Assembly (NCBI GenBank): GCA_017630495.1 | Contig: JAGBVD010000056.1 | Span: 1 to 55,964 of the forward strand | DNA from: Oscillospiraceae bacterium | GTDB taxonomy: Bacteria > Bacillota > Clostridia > Oscillospirales > Oscillospiraceae | Reading direction: 5' to 3' | DNA: 55,964 bases | Position numbers and translations under genes: made by a program | Shown here: positions 33,832-43,067 of the stretch, piece by piece | Layout of the letters: the number at the start of each line of letters is the position of its first letter | How positions within the stretch are numbered: position 1 is the first letter of the stretch | The notes under the pieces: generated by a model | Seen by the model: the letters and a program-made list of their open reading frames with translations, nothing else | Told to the model about the DNA's origin: nothing | Databases searched by the model: none

Positions 33832-34878
33832 ATGCGTTTTAATTTTGCTTCCAATGATTTCGGTGTTGATCTGGGTACATCCAATGTGCTGATCAACGCG
33901 GCGGACAAGGGCCTGGTAATCCGGGAGCCCTCTGTTGTTGCTGTTGATAAAAACACCGGCAAGGTACTGCAGGTAGGCGCTGCTGCCCGAAATATGCTGG
34001 GCAGAACCCCCGGCAATGTGGTGGCCATGTACCCGTTGAAGGACGGTGTGGTATCTGACCACGAAATGACGGTAAAAATGCTGCAGATTTTGTTCCAGTC
34101 TGCCTCCAAGTCCTCCCTGTTCTCCCCGAAGCCCAGAATCATTCTCAGTGTACCCAGCGGCATTACCGAGGTGGAAGAACGGACTGTGATCAATGCGGCC
34201 ATTGAAGCCGGTGCCCGTCGTGTTTACCTGATTGAAGAGCCTTTGGCCGCAGCCTTGGGCGCAGGCCTGGACATCAGCGGCCCTAACGGCCATATGGTCG
34301 TCGACATCGGCGGCGGCACAACAGATATCGCTGTTTTGACTATGAACGATGTTGCCATTTCCTCTTCTTTGAAGATTGCAGGCAATACCTTTGACGAAGC
34401 CATCACCCATTATATCCGTTCCAAGTACGGTGTGGTCATCGGTCAGGCAACCGCCGAGGACATCAAGATCCAGATCGGCTGTGTCTCCCCCCGACGGGAA
34501 GATATCAGCATGCTGGTCAAGGGCAGAGAAGTAAAAACCGGTACACCCCGGGAGTTCCCTATTTTGTCCAGTGAAGTTTACAATGTTCTGACCAGATACG
34601 CCCGGATCATCGGTGACGAAATTCTCTCCGTACTGCAGGACACCTCTCCGGAATTGGTGGGCGACATTGCCCAGAACGGCATTACCCTCACCGGCGGCAG
34701 CAGCCTGCTGGCAGGTATGGCTGAGTATCTTACAAAGCACACCGGCATCAACTGCACTGTGGCAGACAACCCGGAATGCTGCGTAGCCTTTGGTTGCGGC
34801 AAAAGCCTTTCCTGGATCAACCATATGAACGAAGGCACCATCAACATCGCAAGAAAGCGCATTCTGCGCCAGGGATAA
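33832..34878 (+). CDS. mreB: Rod-shape determining protein, MreB/Mbl paralogue
   Basis: DLGTSN, EPSVVA, PLKDGV, EEPLAAALGAG, DIGGGTTD, LTGGSS. ATG 33832 after AGGTG. Confidence 0.9.
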   Translation: MRFNFASNDFGVDLGTSNVLINAADKGLVIREPSVVAVDKNTGKVLQVGAAARNMLGRTPGNVVAMYPLKDGVVSDHEMTVKMLQILFQSASKSSLFSPKPRIILSVPSGITEVEERTVINAAIEAGARRVYLIEEPLAAALGAGLDISGPNGHMVVDIGGGTTDIAVLTMNDVAISSSLKIAGNTFDEAITHYIRSKYGVVIGQATAEDIKIQIGCVSPRREDISMLVKGREVKTGTPREFPILSSEVYNVLTRYARIIGDEILSVLQDTSPELVGDIAQNGITLTGGSSLLAGMAEYLTKHTGINCTVADNPECCVAFGCGKSLSWINHMNEGTINIARKRILRQG

Positions 34879-34881
34879 GAG

Positions 34882-34911
34882 AAAAACCGTGTCCAACCGG
34901 ACACGGTTTTT
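34882..34911. terminator. Bidirectional terminator between mreB and the GNAT gene
   Basis: AAAAACCGTGTCC-AACC-GGACACGGTTTTT. Confidence 0.8.
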
Positions 34912-35635
34912 ATTGCCTTATGATCTTTGCATTTTGATATTGGGGATGTACCCGGACAGTTTCATCTGTCTGCCAACCAACGCAATGGCCGTTTTCTGTA
35001 AACAGCATCTGCGTTGTGCCGGGTGCATATAGTAAAGTTTCCTCGATCTTTTGAAAATCCTCGCCTGCATTTATTAAAGCAAAACGCAAAAGACAATCAA
35101 TCTCGTGGCGATACTGCACCGTGGCAGGTTTGGCAATCAGAAAATCAGACGGTGTGTAATATGCCTCGCAAAATGCCTCAAACGACTCCGGGCTGTTTCC
35201 TACCGGCAGATACAAGTGGCCGCCAGGAGCTGCCGGACGAAAACCGTAGTCATAATACATCTGCACCACTCGATCATTGGCGCTGCAAAACAGTGCCAAC
35301 GGCTTATCTTCCCTTGTTTGCAAATTATCATACCAAAGCTTAAGCATTTTCTTGCCGATTCCCTGACCGCGGCACTGCTCCAAGGTCATAAAGTTGCCGA
35401 AATTGCCAACGGCATCTTGGTGAACGCCCCAACCGTTCCACAAGCGGCTGTAACATATACCATCTTCATAGGCAGCAAAGTATGTATCTGCGCATTGGTC
35501 CGCAACCTTTCCGGAAAGGCGCAAACGCATCATATCTGCGTAGGATGCGCCGGGGGCATAATCCCGAAGCATCCGTATCAGTGCCTGTCCTGCCGGATTT
35601 ATCGGCTGACCGGGAACATAAATTCCAAATTCCAT
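34910..35635 (-). CDS. GNAT-domain protein with C-terminal extension
   Basis: Start MEFGIY at 35635; FMTLEQCRGQGIGK motif A, MYYDYGF; 241 aa. Confidence 0.7.
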   Translation of the reverse strand: MEFGIYVPGQPINPAGQALIRMLRDYAPGASYADMMRLRLSGKVADQCADTYFAAYEDGICYSRLWNGWGVHQDAVGNFGNFMTLEQCRGQGIGKKMLKLWYDNLQTREDKPLALFCSANDRVVQMYYDYGFRPAAPGGHLYLPVGNSPESFEAFCEAYYTPSDFLIAKPATVQYRHEIDCLLRFALINAGEDFQKIEETLLYAPGTTQMLFTENGHCVGWQTDETVRVHPQYQNAKIIRQ

Positions 35636-35651
35636 ATTCTTCCCTTTTGTG

Positions 35652-35680
35652 AAAAACCGCTCTGCTATACGCAGAGCGGT
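35652..35680 (-). terminator. Terminator after the efp operon
   Basis: ACCGCTCTGC-TATAC-GCAGAGCGGT with an A-run on the + strand. Confidence 0.7.
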
Positions 35681-35699
35681 ATATTTCGTTTTTAAAGGA

Positions 35700-36149
35700 T
35701 TACTCCTCGTCTTCGTCGTCTTCCAGGCTGAACTCCAGCAGCTCGCCGCACTCGGGGCAAGTGATAGAGCCTTCCTCCAAAGTCTCCTCGTCGAAGTCAA
35801 TGATGTTGCCGCAGGCGCACTTTACTTCGTAGATGGTGGTCTCCTCATCGCCGAAGTCAAAGCCCTCGTCTTCATAATCCTCATCATCGAAATCGTCGTC
35901 GAAGTCATCGTAGTCATCTTCGTCCTCTTCGTCCAGGATGTAATCCTCGATGGCGTCCAGATCTTCTTCGATCTCGTCCAGTTCATCGGAAATAGCAATG
36001 GTGGTTTCTTCAACCTCGGACAGACGCTTTGTCACATCGCACAGCAGGTCCACGATGGAGGCAATCATCTTGCCCTCAGCCTTTTCCGTGTCCAGCTCCA
36101 AGCCGTCCATATAGCCCTTCAGATAGGCAGCCTTTTCAGAAAGTGTCAT
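35700..36149 (-). CDS. CD1247-like acidic protein with C-terminal Cys motif (zinc ribbon)
   Basis: EKAAYLKG..DGL N-terminus, long Asp/Glu tract, CAC...CPEC; downstream of efp. Confidence 0.75.
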   Translation of the reverse strand: MTLSEKAAYLKGYMDGLELDTEKAEGKMIASIVDLLCDVTKRLSEVEETTIAISDELDEIEEDLDAIEDYILDEEDEDDYDDFDDDFDDEDYEDEGFDFGDEETTIYEVKCACGNIIDFDEETLEEGSITCPECGELLEFSLEDDEDEE

Positions 36150-36159
36150 AGGTTTCTCC

Positions 36160-36720
36160 TTATTTTGCACGGCCCAGATATTCACCGGTGGTGGTGTCGA
36201 TCTGGATTCTCTCGCCCTCGTTGATGAACAGGGGCACCTTAACCTCAGCGCCGGTCTCCAAAGTAGCGGGCTTGAGGGTATTGGTAGCGGTGTTGCCGGC
36301 GAAGCCAGGCTCGGTAGCGGTAACTTCCAGTTCTACGAAGCGGGGAGGCTCAATGCCGAACACATTGCCCTTGTAGCTCATAACGGTGCAGGTGTCGTTT
36401 TCCTTAACAAAACGGAAGGAATCGTCCAAAGCGCTCTTGTCAATGGGGATCAGATCATAGGTCTCGGAGTCCATGAAGTAGTACAGATCGCCATCGCTGT
36501 AGGAGTACTCCATCTTCTTGCGCTCAATGTAAGCGGTGGGGTACTTATCGTTGGGGTTGAAGGTGGTTTCAGTTACACCGCCGGTGATCACGTTCTTCAT
36601 CTTAACGCGAACGAAAGCAGCGCCCTTGCCGGGCTTAACATGCTGAAACTCAACGATCTGCATAACCTTACCGTCCATATCGAAGGTAATGCCGTTTCTA
36701 AAATCACTAACAGAAATCAT
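36160..36720 (-). CDS. efp: Elongation factor P
   Basis: QHVKPGKGAAFVR, KPATLETGA..VPLFI; candidate promoter TTGCAT-17-TAGAAT at 36808-36780. Confidence 0.98.
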   Translation of the reverse strand: MISVSDFRNGITFDMDGKVMQIVEFQHVKPGKGAAFVRVKMKNVITGGVTETTFNPNDKYPTAYIERKKMEYSYSDGDLYYFMDSETYDLIPIDKSALDDSFRFVKENDTCTVMSYKGNVFGIEPPRFVELEVTATEPGFAGNTATNTLKPATLETGAEVKVPLFINEGERIQIDTTTGEYLGRAK

Positions 36721-36826
36721 TATATTTTCCTCCTAAGAATATGCCCTGAAGGGCAAAATTTACAAACTTCAGCGCATATATTCTAACCTAAAATGCGTCC
36801 AAATGCAAGTATAAATACGAATATTT

Positions 36827-37891
36827 TTACACAATAATCAAGTTCTTGGGACTGCGGGTAAGATTTTCGCAGCCATCCTCCTTGAAAACCACCAAATCTT
36901 CAATACGGACACCGAATTTTCCCGGCAAATAGATGCCCGGCTCCGCAGAACAGACCATATTCACTTCCATCGGCGTATCACCGCTGGGGTTGCAGTTAGG
37001 CGCTTCATGGACCTGCATACCGATGCTGTGACCATAGCCGTGGCCAAAATACGCACCGTAGCCTGCATCGGTGATCACCTTCCGGGCCGCACCGTCCACC
37101 TGGGCGCCGGTGACACCGGCCTTGGTAACGGCAATACCGGCAAGCTGGGCCTGCAGAACAGTATTGTACACCTTTTCCATTTCCTCAGTGGCATAGCCTA
37201 CAGCGACAGTACGGGTCATATCTGCACAGTAGCCCTGATACAGCGCGCCAAAGTCCATGGTAATGAAATCACCCTTGCAGATCACCCGATCTCCGGCCAC
37301 ACCGTGGGGCAAGCTGGTATTGGGTCCGGAAACCACGATGGGGTCAAAGGAAAGGCCGTCGCCGCCGTTTTTATACAGACAATAGATCAGCTCTGCCTGC
37401 AGCTGCTTTTCGGTCATACCGGGCTGAATGCGACCCAGAACTTCCTCAAAAGCCTGGTCGGTGATCTCCTGGGCCTTGCGCATCCGGTCCAGTTCCCATT
37501 CCTGCTTTACAGCGCGGAACTTATCGATCTGCTTGCCCATAGGCACCAGCTTGGCCTTCAGGTCTTTTTCCATACCGGCAAATTCAGCCACCGTCAGGTA
37601 TTCTTCCTCATAGCCCAGGCACTCCACACCGAACTCGGCAATGGCATCGTTAAGGAGCTTACTGTAGGGGTTGGCCCGGTTGGTTTCCACCACTTTGAAT
37701 CCCTGAATATTATTCTGGGCAGATTCAATATAACGGCTGTCCGTAAAATAATAACCGCCGGCCTTGGTAACAATGGCGATACCCTCGGCAATGTCGAACT
37801 GGGCAGCATAATGACGACTGTAGCGGCTGGTCAGCAGCAGACCGTCTACACCGTCTGTCAGCAAGCTGCGGTACTTTTCCAAATTATTCAT
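36827..37891 (-). CDS. Xaa-Pro aminopeptidase (M24B)
   Basis: TDSRY, PHG, DFGA..GYCADMTRT, HGYGHSIG..VHE, EPGIY..GVRIED. Start ATG 37891. Confidence 0.93.
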   Translation of the reverse strand: MNNLEKYRSLLTDGVDGLLLTSRYSRHYAAQFDIAEGIAIVTKAGGYYFTDSRYIESAQNNIQGFKVVETNRANPYSKLLNDAIAEFGVECLGYEEEYLTVAEFAGMEKDLKAKLVPMGKQIDKFRAVKQEWELDRMRKAQEITDQAFEEVLGRIQPGMTEKQLQAELIYCLYKNGGDGLSFDPIVVSGPNTSLPHGVAGDRVICKGDFITMDFGALYQGYCADMTRTVAVGYATEEMEKVYNTVLQAQLAGIAVTKAGVTGAQVDGAARKVITDAGYGAYFGHGYGHSIGMQVHEAPNCNPSGDTPMEVNMVCSAEPGIYLPGKFGVRIEDLVVFKEDGCENLTRSPKNLIIV

Positions 37892-38390
37892 AGTCAATTC
37901 TCCTTTTTCTCGCGGCAAAAATAAACGGTTTTTCCAATAAATGGCGTAATTTCAGCCAGAAATTATGATTATCAATGGCCCGGACCAAGATTGTCTGCAC
38001 CCCGGCGCTGTTACCGCCCAAAGTATCTGTATAGATCTGGTCGCCCACCAGTGCCGCTTCCCCAGGCTGTACGCCATAGCGCTGCAAGCACTGTTTGATG
38101 CCTTTACAGAAAGGTTTCCTTGCGTGGGTGATGCAATCGATCCCATATTTTTTGCAAAACACCTGCACTCTGGGTTTGCGGCTGTTGGAAACCACACACA
38201 GCTGTATCTGTGATTCCGCCATTGTCTGCAGCCACCGGCAAAATGCCTCGGTGGGAATGTCCGTCGTATAAGGCACGATGGTATTATCAAAATCCAGCAT
38301 CAATAAGGAAATATTGTGTTGTTCCAGCAGTGCCGGTGTGATCTGCGTCACATTGTCCACAATCATATCCGGCAGAAGCACAAATGACAT
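37884..38390 (-). CDS. yqeG: YqeG-family HAD IIIA phosphatase
   Basis: LDFDNT, VVSNS, ARKP, VGDQIYTD..GGN. Start ATG 38390. Confidence 0.9.
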   Translation of the reverse strand: MSFVLLPDMIVDNVTQITPALLEQHNISLLMLDFDNTIVPYTTDIPTEAFCRWLQTMAESQIQLCVVSNSRKPRVQVFCKKYGIDCITHARKPFCKGIKQCLQRYGVQPGEAALVGDQIYTDTLGGNSAGVQTILVRAIDNHNFWLKLRHLLEKPFIFAARKRRIDYE

Positions 38391-38487
38391 ACCCTTGCTC
38401 TCCATCTCATAGAATATATGGGCAGAGAGGCTACTTGGGTTCAAGTCCTCTCTGCCCATAGTATAACACGGAAGGCGGTGTTTGTCT

Positions 38488-39195
38488 ATGTCCATAAACC
38501 TTTATCTTGCGATGACAGCGGCAGAATTTTCCTCGGCAGAGAAATTGCCACCCAAAATCGGTTGGATGGCCTGCCATTTTTCCTGCTACGGCACAAACCT
38601 TACCAATCTTCCCACCACGCTGCCGGAGGGCAGTATGGTGATTATCAACGATTGCACTCCACCCAACGGTCACGATGAACAGAAAATTCTTCAGCAGCTC
38701 ACCGGTCTGGCGCAGCAGTTTTCCGTAAGCCGTTTTTTACTGGATTTTCAGCGGCCCGGCTGTGCAGAAACAGCCTCCCTTGCAAAAACGCTTGTGCAGG
38801 CCCTTCCCTGCCCCGTAGCCGTTTCGGACATCTACGGGAGGGATTTGTGCTGTCCTGTATTTTTGCCGCCACCGCCGCTGCACACGCCCTTGCAGAAATA
38901 TCTTGCACCCTGGAAAGGCCGGGAAGTTTGGCTGGATGCCGCCATCGGTCAGGAAACTCTGACCGTTACGGAAAAAGGCTGCCAAATCAGCGAGCAAACC
39001 CTGCCAAACGGGTTGGAATTTCCTTTTGAAGAAGAAAAGCTCCACTGTCAGTACCATACGCAAATCCAATCCGATCGGGTCATTTTCACTTTAAACCGGG
39101 ATCATAAGCAGCTTGACGGTTTACTGCAGGAAGCAGAAAGTCTTGGCATTACTACCGCTGTGGGTTTGTATCAACAATTAAAAGCACCCGGTTGA
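38488..39195 (+). CDS. Hypothetical protein (235 aa)
   Basis: Fills the gap between yqeG and rsgA, has an RBS-like GGAAGGCGG and ends at a terminator; no recognised family. Confidence 0.7.
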   Translation: MSINLYLAMTAAEFSSAEKLPPKIGWMACHFSCYGTNLTNLPTTLPEGSMVIINDCTPPNGHDEQKILQQLTGLAQQFSVSRFLLDFQRPGCAETASLAKTLVQALPCPVAVSDIYGRDLCCPVFLPPPPLHTPLQKYLAPWKGREVWLDAAIGQETLTVTEKGCQISEQTLPNGLEFPFEEEKLHCQYHTQIQSDRVIFTLNRDHKQLDGLLQEAESLGITTAVGLYQQLKAPG

Positions 39196-39208
39196 TCCGG
39201 GTGCTTTT
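39180..39208. terminator. Bidirectional terminator between the hypothetical gene and rsgA
   Basis: AAAAGCACCCGG-TTGAT-CCGGGTGCTTTT. Confidence 0.8.
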
Positions 39209-39214
39209 CACTGT

Positions 39215-40102
39215 TTATTTACCGATTTCCCAAGGTTTGATCTGCTCGGCCTTTTCATAAAGCCGCAGATAGCTTTCATAGCGGGTCTTTTCCAATTTTC
39301 CGGCTTCTACCGCCGCGCGCACGCTGCAGCCGGGCTCGGCTCGGTGAGAGCAATCGTGGAATTGGCACTGGCCCAACCAGGGCGCAAAATCCGGGAAAGC
39401 ATACTGCAGGTTTTCTTTTAACAGCACATCCATCTGTTCCGTGTCAAAAGAGGAAAATCCCGGAGTGTCCGCCACATAGGTATCCTCCCCCAAGCAATAC
39501 AGTTCCACATGTCGGGTGGTGTGCCGGCCACGGCCCAGCTTTTCGGAAACCTCACCGGTAGCAAGGGAAAGCTCCGGGCAAAGAGCATTGAGCATACTGC
39601 TCTTGCCTACACCGGTATTGCCGGTAAAGGCGGTCAGCTTGCCCTTCAAAAGAGCACGCAGCTGGTCTACACCTTCCCCGGTCTGGGCGCTGGCCCGGAT
39701 CACCGGAAAACCTGCATTGGTATAGATCCGCACCAGATCTGTTGCCGGATCCAGGTCGCATTTATTGACGCACACATACACCGGCACCTCCTGGTCACCG
39801 GCAATGGCTGCCACACGATCGATCAAAAACGGCTCTGTCACCGGATTGGTGTTGGCTGCGAAAATCACCAGTGCATCCACATTGGCAACCGCTGGGCGGA
39901 TAAACCGGTTTTTCCGGGGCAGCACTTTCTGGACCATACCCTTACCGCCTTCGACGGCTATTTCCACCATATCACCGGTCAAGGGACTCTCCCCGGCCCG
40001 ACGCAGTGCGCCACGGCCACGGCAGGTGATCACAGCATCCGCTGTCTGCACATCATAAAAGCCACTTAAACTGCGGACGATCCGTCCGGTTCTTGTTTGC
40101 AT
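39215..40102 (-). CDS. rsgA: Ribosome small subunit-dependent GTPase A
   Basis: NKCD, GNTGVGKSS, GRHTT, DTPGF, C.F.DC.H..EPGC zinc motif; TGATG overlap with the kinase stop. Confidence 0.96.
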   Translation of the reverse strand: MQTRTGRIVRSLSGFYDVQTADAVITCRGRGALRRAGESPLTGDMVEIAVEGGKGMVQKVLPRKNRFIRPAVANVDALVIFAANTNPVTEPFLIDRVAAIAGDQEVPVYVCVNKCDLDPATDLVRIYTNAGFPVIRASAQTGEGVDQLRALLKGKLTAFTGNTGVGKSSMLNALCPELSLATGEVSEKLGRGRHTTRHVELYCLGEDTYVADTPGFSSFDTEQMDVLLKENLQYAFPDFAPWLGQCQFHDCSHRAEPGCSVRAAVEAGKLEKTRYESYLRLYEKAEQIKPWEIGK

Positions 40103-42288
40103 CAAAATTCCACCTGCTGTTCCCAGCCGTCTTCGCCGATGATAATGGTATAATTTACGGTACCGCTGCCAGACTGTTTTTCCAGCTCAACAGTTTCCTG
40201 ACCTTTGGGCACTATGCCGCTGAAAACCGTTGTGCTGCCGCGTTTGATCGTTACCTCACAATCACCGTTTGCCGTCATACCTCTCATAGAAATAACCACA
40301 TTTCTGATGATCTCATTGACACCGGAACCTTTGGACACATGCAGTACAATCAGCGAGGTAACATCCAGATTATCACCGGGGTTGATGTCCTTGCCATCGA
40401 TCTTCATAGCAACAACGCTATCCCGTTCTTCCTGGCTTGCCACGGACACAATCTCATAGTTTTTAAAGCCGTCTTCATTCAGCACTGCTACAGCGCTGTT
40501 AATGGACAGGCCGATCAGATTCTTCATTTTCACCAAGTGCTTACCCTTGGAGATATAGAGGGTTACTTTCTGGCCGGTTTTCAGTTCTTCCTCACTCTTG
40601 GGCTCTGTGCGAACAACATTGCCGGCGTCCGTTACGGAATCATAAATTTCCTCAATTACGATGTCCAGGGCCAAATTCTGATCCTTTAAGATCTTTTCCG
40701 CGACCTCTTTCCCATTGCCCACCAGGTCCGGCATAATGGAGGTCTTCATCTCCATACCCTTACTGACGAAAATGGTAACTACCTGGCCTTCCAGCAGTTC
40801 CACTTCTGCCTCCGGCTCTGTGCGAATCACCGTTCCAACGGGAATTGTATCGTGGTGTTCTTCCTCCACGACGATCTGCAAGTTCATATCCAGGTGATTC
40901 AGTGCTTTTTCCGCCTGGGCCTGTTCCCATTCGACGATATCCGGCATAATACCGGCTTTTAATTCCTTGCCCATACTGATCACCACATAGATGGTGCCAT
41001 TCTTTTTCATCTGGGTGCCGGCCTTGGGATTCTGCTCCAAAATCTGTCCGGGCTTGGAATCGTGATGGATCTCTTTATCGATCTTCACATTCACATCCGC
41101 ATACACCGGAAGCTCTTTATAGATCTTGCCTACCAGGTTGGGTACATCGATCATTTCCACCTTGGAATCTCCGCCGCTGAACAAAACCACCAGGAAGATC
41201 ACCACTGCGATCACCATAACCGCAGAGCAGGCAATGACAGCAATGGTTGCCACCTTGCTGCGGTTTTCCTCTTCCTTCGTGGGGGTATGCCGACGCTCGG
41301 GGCGCTTTGCATCAGAAGTTCTTCTGGCAGGACGGCGCTCACCGCCCTCCCGGGCCACCCGTTCCGCAGTGGTGGGTTTCTGGGGTGTATCCAGTGTCAG
41401 CGGTTGCTTGGGCATATTGGTCACCGCGTCCGTAGGCGGTGTGTTGTAATCAAACAAAATGGCAGGACTCTTGCGGAATTCGTCCAGATCTGCCAGCATT
41501 TGGGTGGCAGATGCATACCGCTGGGCAGGCTCGTGAGCCATCGCCTTCATTATGATCTGTTCCAGACCACCGGGGATATTGGGGTTGAGGGTGGAGGGCA
41601 TCACCGCGCCGCCATTGATATGCTGAATAGCAACCGCCACGGGAGATTCTCCGTCATAGGGAGGCCGGCCACTCATCATCTCATACATCACTGTGCCCAG
41701 AGAGTAGATATCGGAACGGCTGTCTACACGGCCACCCTTGGCCTGCTCCGGAGAGATGTAATGCACAGAGCCCAGGGCTTCCTTGGTCAAGGTGTTGCCC
41801 TTGGACATCATCCGGGCAATGCCAAAGTCCGTAACCTTCACCGCACCGTTCTTCAGCACCATCACATTGTGGGGCTTAATATCCCGGTGGACAATGCCAC
41901 GGCTATGGGCGTGCTCCAGGGCCTTGGAGATCTGGATGGCAAAATGCAGCGTTTCCTTCCAGTTCAAGACACCCTTCTTTTCCATGTACTGCTTCAGGGT
42001 GATACCGTCGATCAGCTCCATAACAATATAGTCCGCAGTCACGGAAGAAGACACATCGTAAATGGAAACGATGTTGGGATGACTGAGCATCGCAACAGCC
42101 TGGCTTTCCGAATGGAAACGGCGGCGGAACTCCTCATCCTCCAGATAATCGTCCTTCAAAATCTTAATGGCTACCAGACGGTTCAGTCTGTGGCAGCGAG
42201 CTTTATATACAACGGCCATACCGCCGGTACCGATGACCTCCAGGATCTCGTACCGGTTGTCCAGCAGGCGTCCAATATATTTATCCAT
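40102..42288 (-). CDS. pknB: PASTA-domain Ser/Thr kinase (Stk1/PrkC/PknB family)
   Basis: GTGGMAVV, VAIK, HRDIKPHN, DFGIAR, one TM helix, four PASTA-like repeats (VPNLVG, MPDIV, MPDLVG, MKNLIG). Confidence 0.95.
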   Translation of the reverse strand: MDKYIGRLLDNRYEILEVIGTGGMAVVYKARCHRLNRLVAIKILKDDYLEDEEFRRRFHSESQAVAMLSHPNIVSIYDVSSSVTADYIVMELIDGITLKQYMEKKGVLNWKETLHFAIQISKALEHAHSRGIVHRDIKPHNVMVLKNGAVKVTDFGIARMMSKGNTLTKEALGSVHYISPEQAKGGRVDSRSDIYSLGTVMYEMMSGRPPYDGESPVAVAIQHINGGAVMPSTLNPNIPGGLEQIIMKAMAHEPAQRYASATQMLADLDEFRKSPAILFDYNTPPTDAVTNMPKQPLTLDTPQKPTTAERVAREGGERRPARRTSDAKRPERRHTPTKEEENRSKVATIAVIACSAVMVIAVVIFLVVLFSGGDSKVEMIDVPNLVGKIYKELPVYADVNVKIDKEIHHDSKPGQILEQNPKAGTQMKKNGTIYVVISMGKELKAGIMPDIVEWEQAQAEKALNHLDMNLQIVVEEEHHDTIPVGTVIRTEPEAEVELLEGQVVTIFVSKGMEMKTSIMPDLVGNGKEVAEKILKDQNLALDIVIEEIYDSVTDAGNVVRTEPKSEEELKTGQKVTLYISKGKHLVKMKNLIGLSINSAVAVLNEDGFKNYEIVSVASQEERDSVVAMKIDGKDINPGDNLDVTSLIVLHVSKGSGVNEIIRNVVISMRGMTANGDCEVTIKRGSTTVFSGIVPKGQETVELEKQSGSGTVNYTIIIGEDGWEQQVEF

Positions 42289-42312
42289 AATCGTAACTCC
42301 TTTCGCCCCGGA

Positions 42313-43044
42313 TCAAATTTGAACTAACACGCAAGTGACATTATCCGGCGCGCCACGATTTTTTGCAATTTCCAGCAGGCGCTCACAGCTTCCCTGCTTA
42401 TTCACACCGTGTACCACCTCAAAGAGGATCTCCTGCTCATCCACTGTGTTGGACAAGCCGTCTGTACACAACAGCAAGCACTCACCGCTGGTCATTCTAC
42501 GGTGGAAAACATCGCACTGGACCACGGTTTCCGTGCCGATTGCCCGGGTGATCAAATTCTTACCGGGATACCTTCTGGCCTGCTCCTGGGTGATCTCGCC
42601 CCGGGAAACCATCATCTGCACCAGAGAGTGGTCCTTTGTCAGCTGACGAACCCCGTCATGGTTTACACTGTATGCACGGCTGTCGCCAACATTAACAATG
42701 CTGCAGAATTTCTTGTGGATCAAAGCGGCAACCAGTGTAGTACCCATGCCGGTAAATTCCTCAAACTGCTGGCCTTGGTCGAAGACCGTAAAGTTTGCAA
42801 GCTTTACCGCATTTTGAAGCATTTGGTCCACTGCGTCCTCATCCATGTCCGAGTTCCAGGTACGCTTGACCTCCTGGGCAAACACATCTGCTGCCAGGGT
42901 ACTGGCCACATTGCCGGATTTTGCGCCACCCATACCGTCGCAAACGATGCAAAGCAGGGTGTTTTTGTCCAGCACTTCAAAGTGATATGTATCCTGATTT
43001 TGTGTCCGGGTACAACCGGGGTCTGTAATGCCCCAATACTGCAT
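42313..43044 (-). CDS. stp: PP2C-family Ser/Thr phosphatase (Stp1/PrpC)
   Basis: RTQNQD, DGMGG, GMGTT, NVGDSR, LCTDGL, DNVT. Confidence 0.95.
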   Translation of the reverse strand: MQYWGITDPGCTRTQNQDTYHFEVLDKNTLLCIVCDGMGGAKSGNVASTLAADVFAQEVKRTWNSDMDEDAVDQMLQNAVKLANFTVFDQGQQFEEFTGMGTTLVAALIHKKFCSIVNVGDSRAYSVNHDGVRQLTKDHSLVQMMVSRGEITQEQARRYPGKNLITRAIGTETVVQCDVFHRRMTSGECLLLCTDGLSNTVDEQEILFEVVHGVNKQGSCERLLEIAKNRGAPDNVTCVLVQI

Positions 43045-43067
43045 AAAGCAACACTCCTTTCGCAGTA

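Noticed and set aside
13583-35635. Apparent window-wide theme of acetyl-handling enzymes
   Set aside because: The genes belong to unrelated transcription units with no shared motif; likely coincidence.
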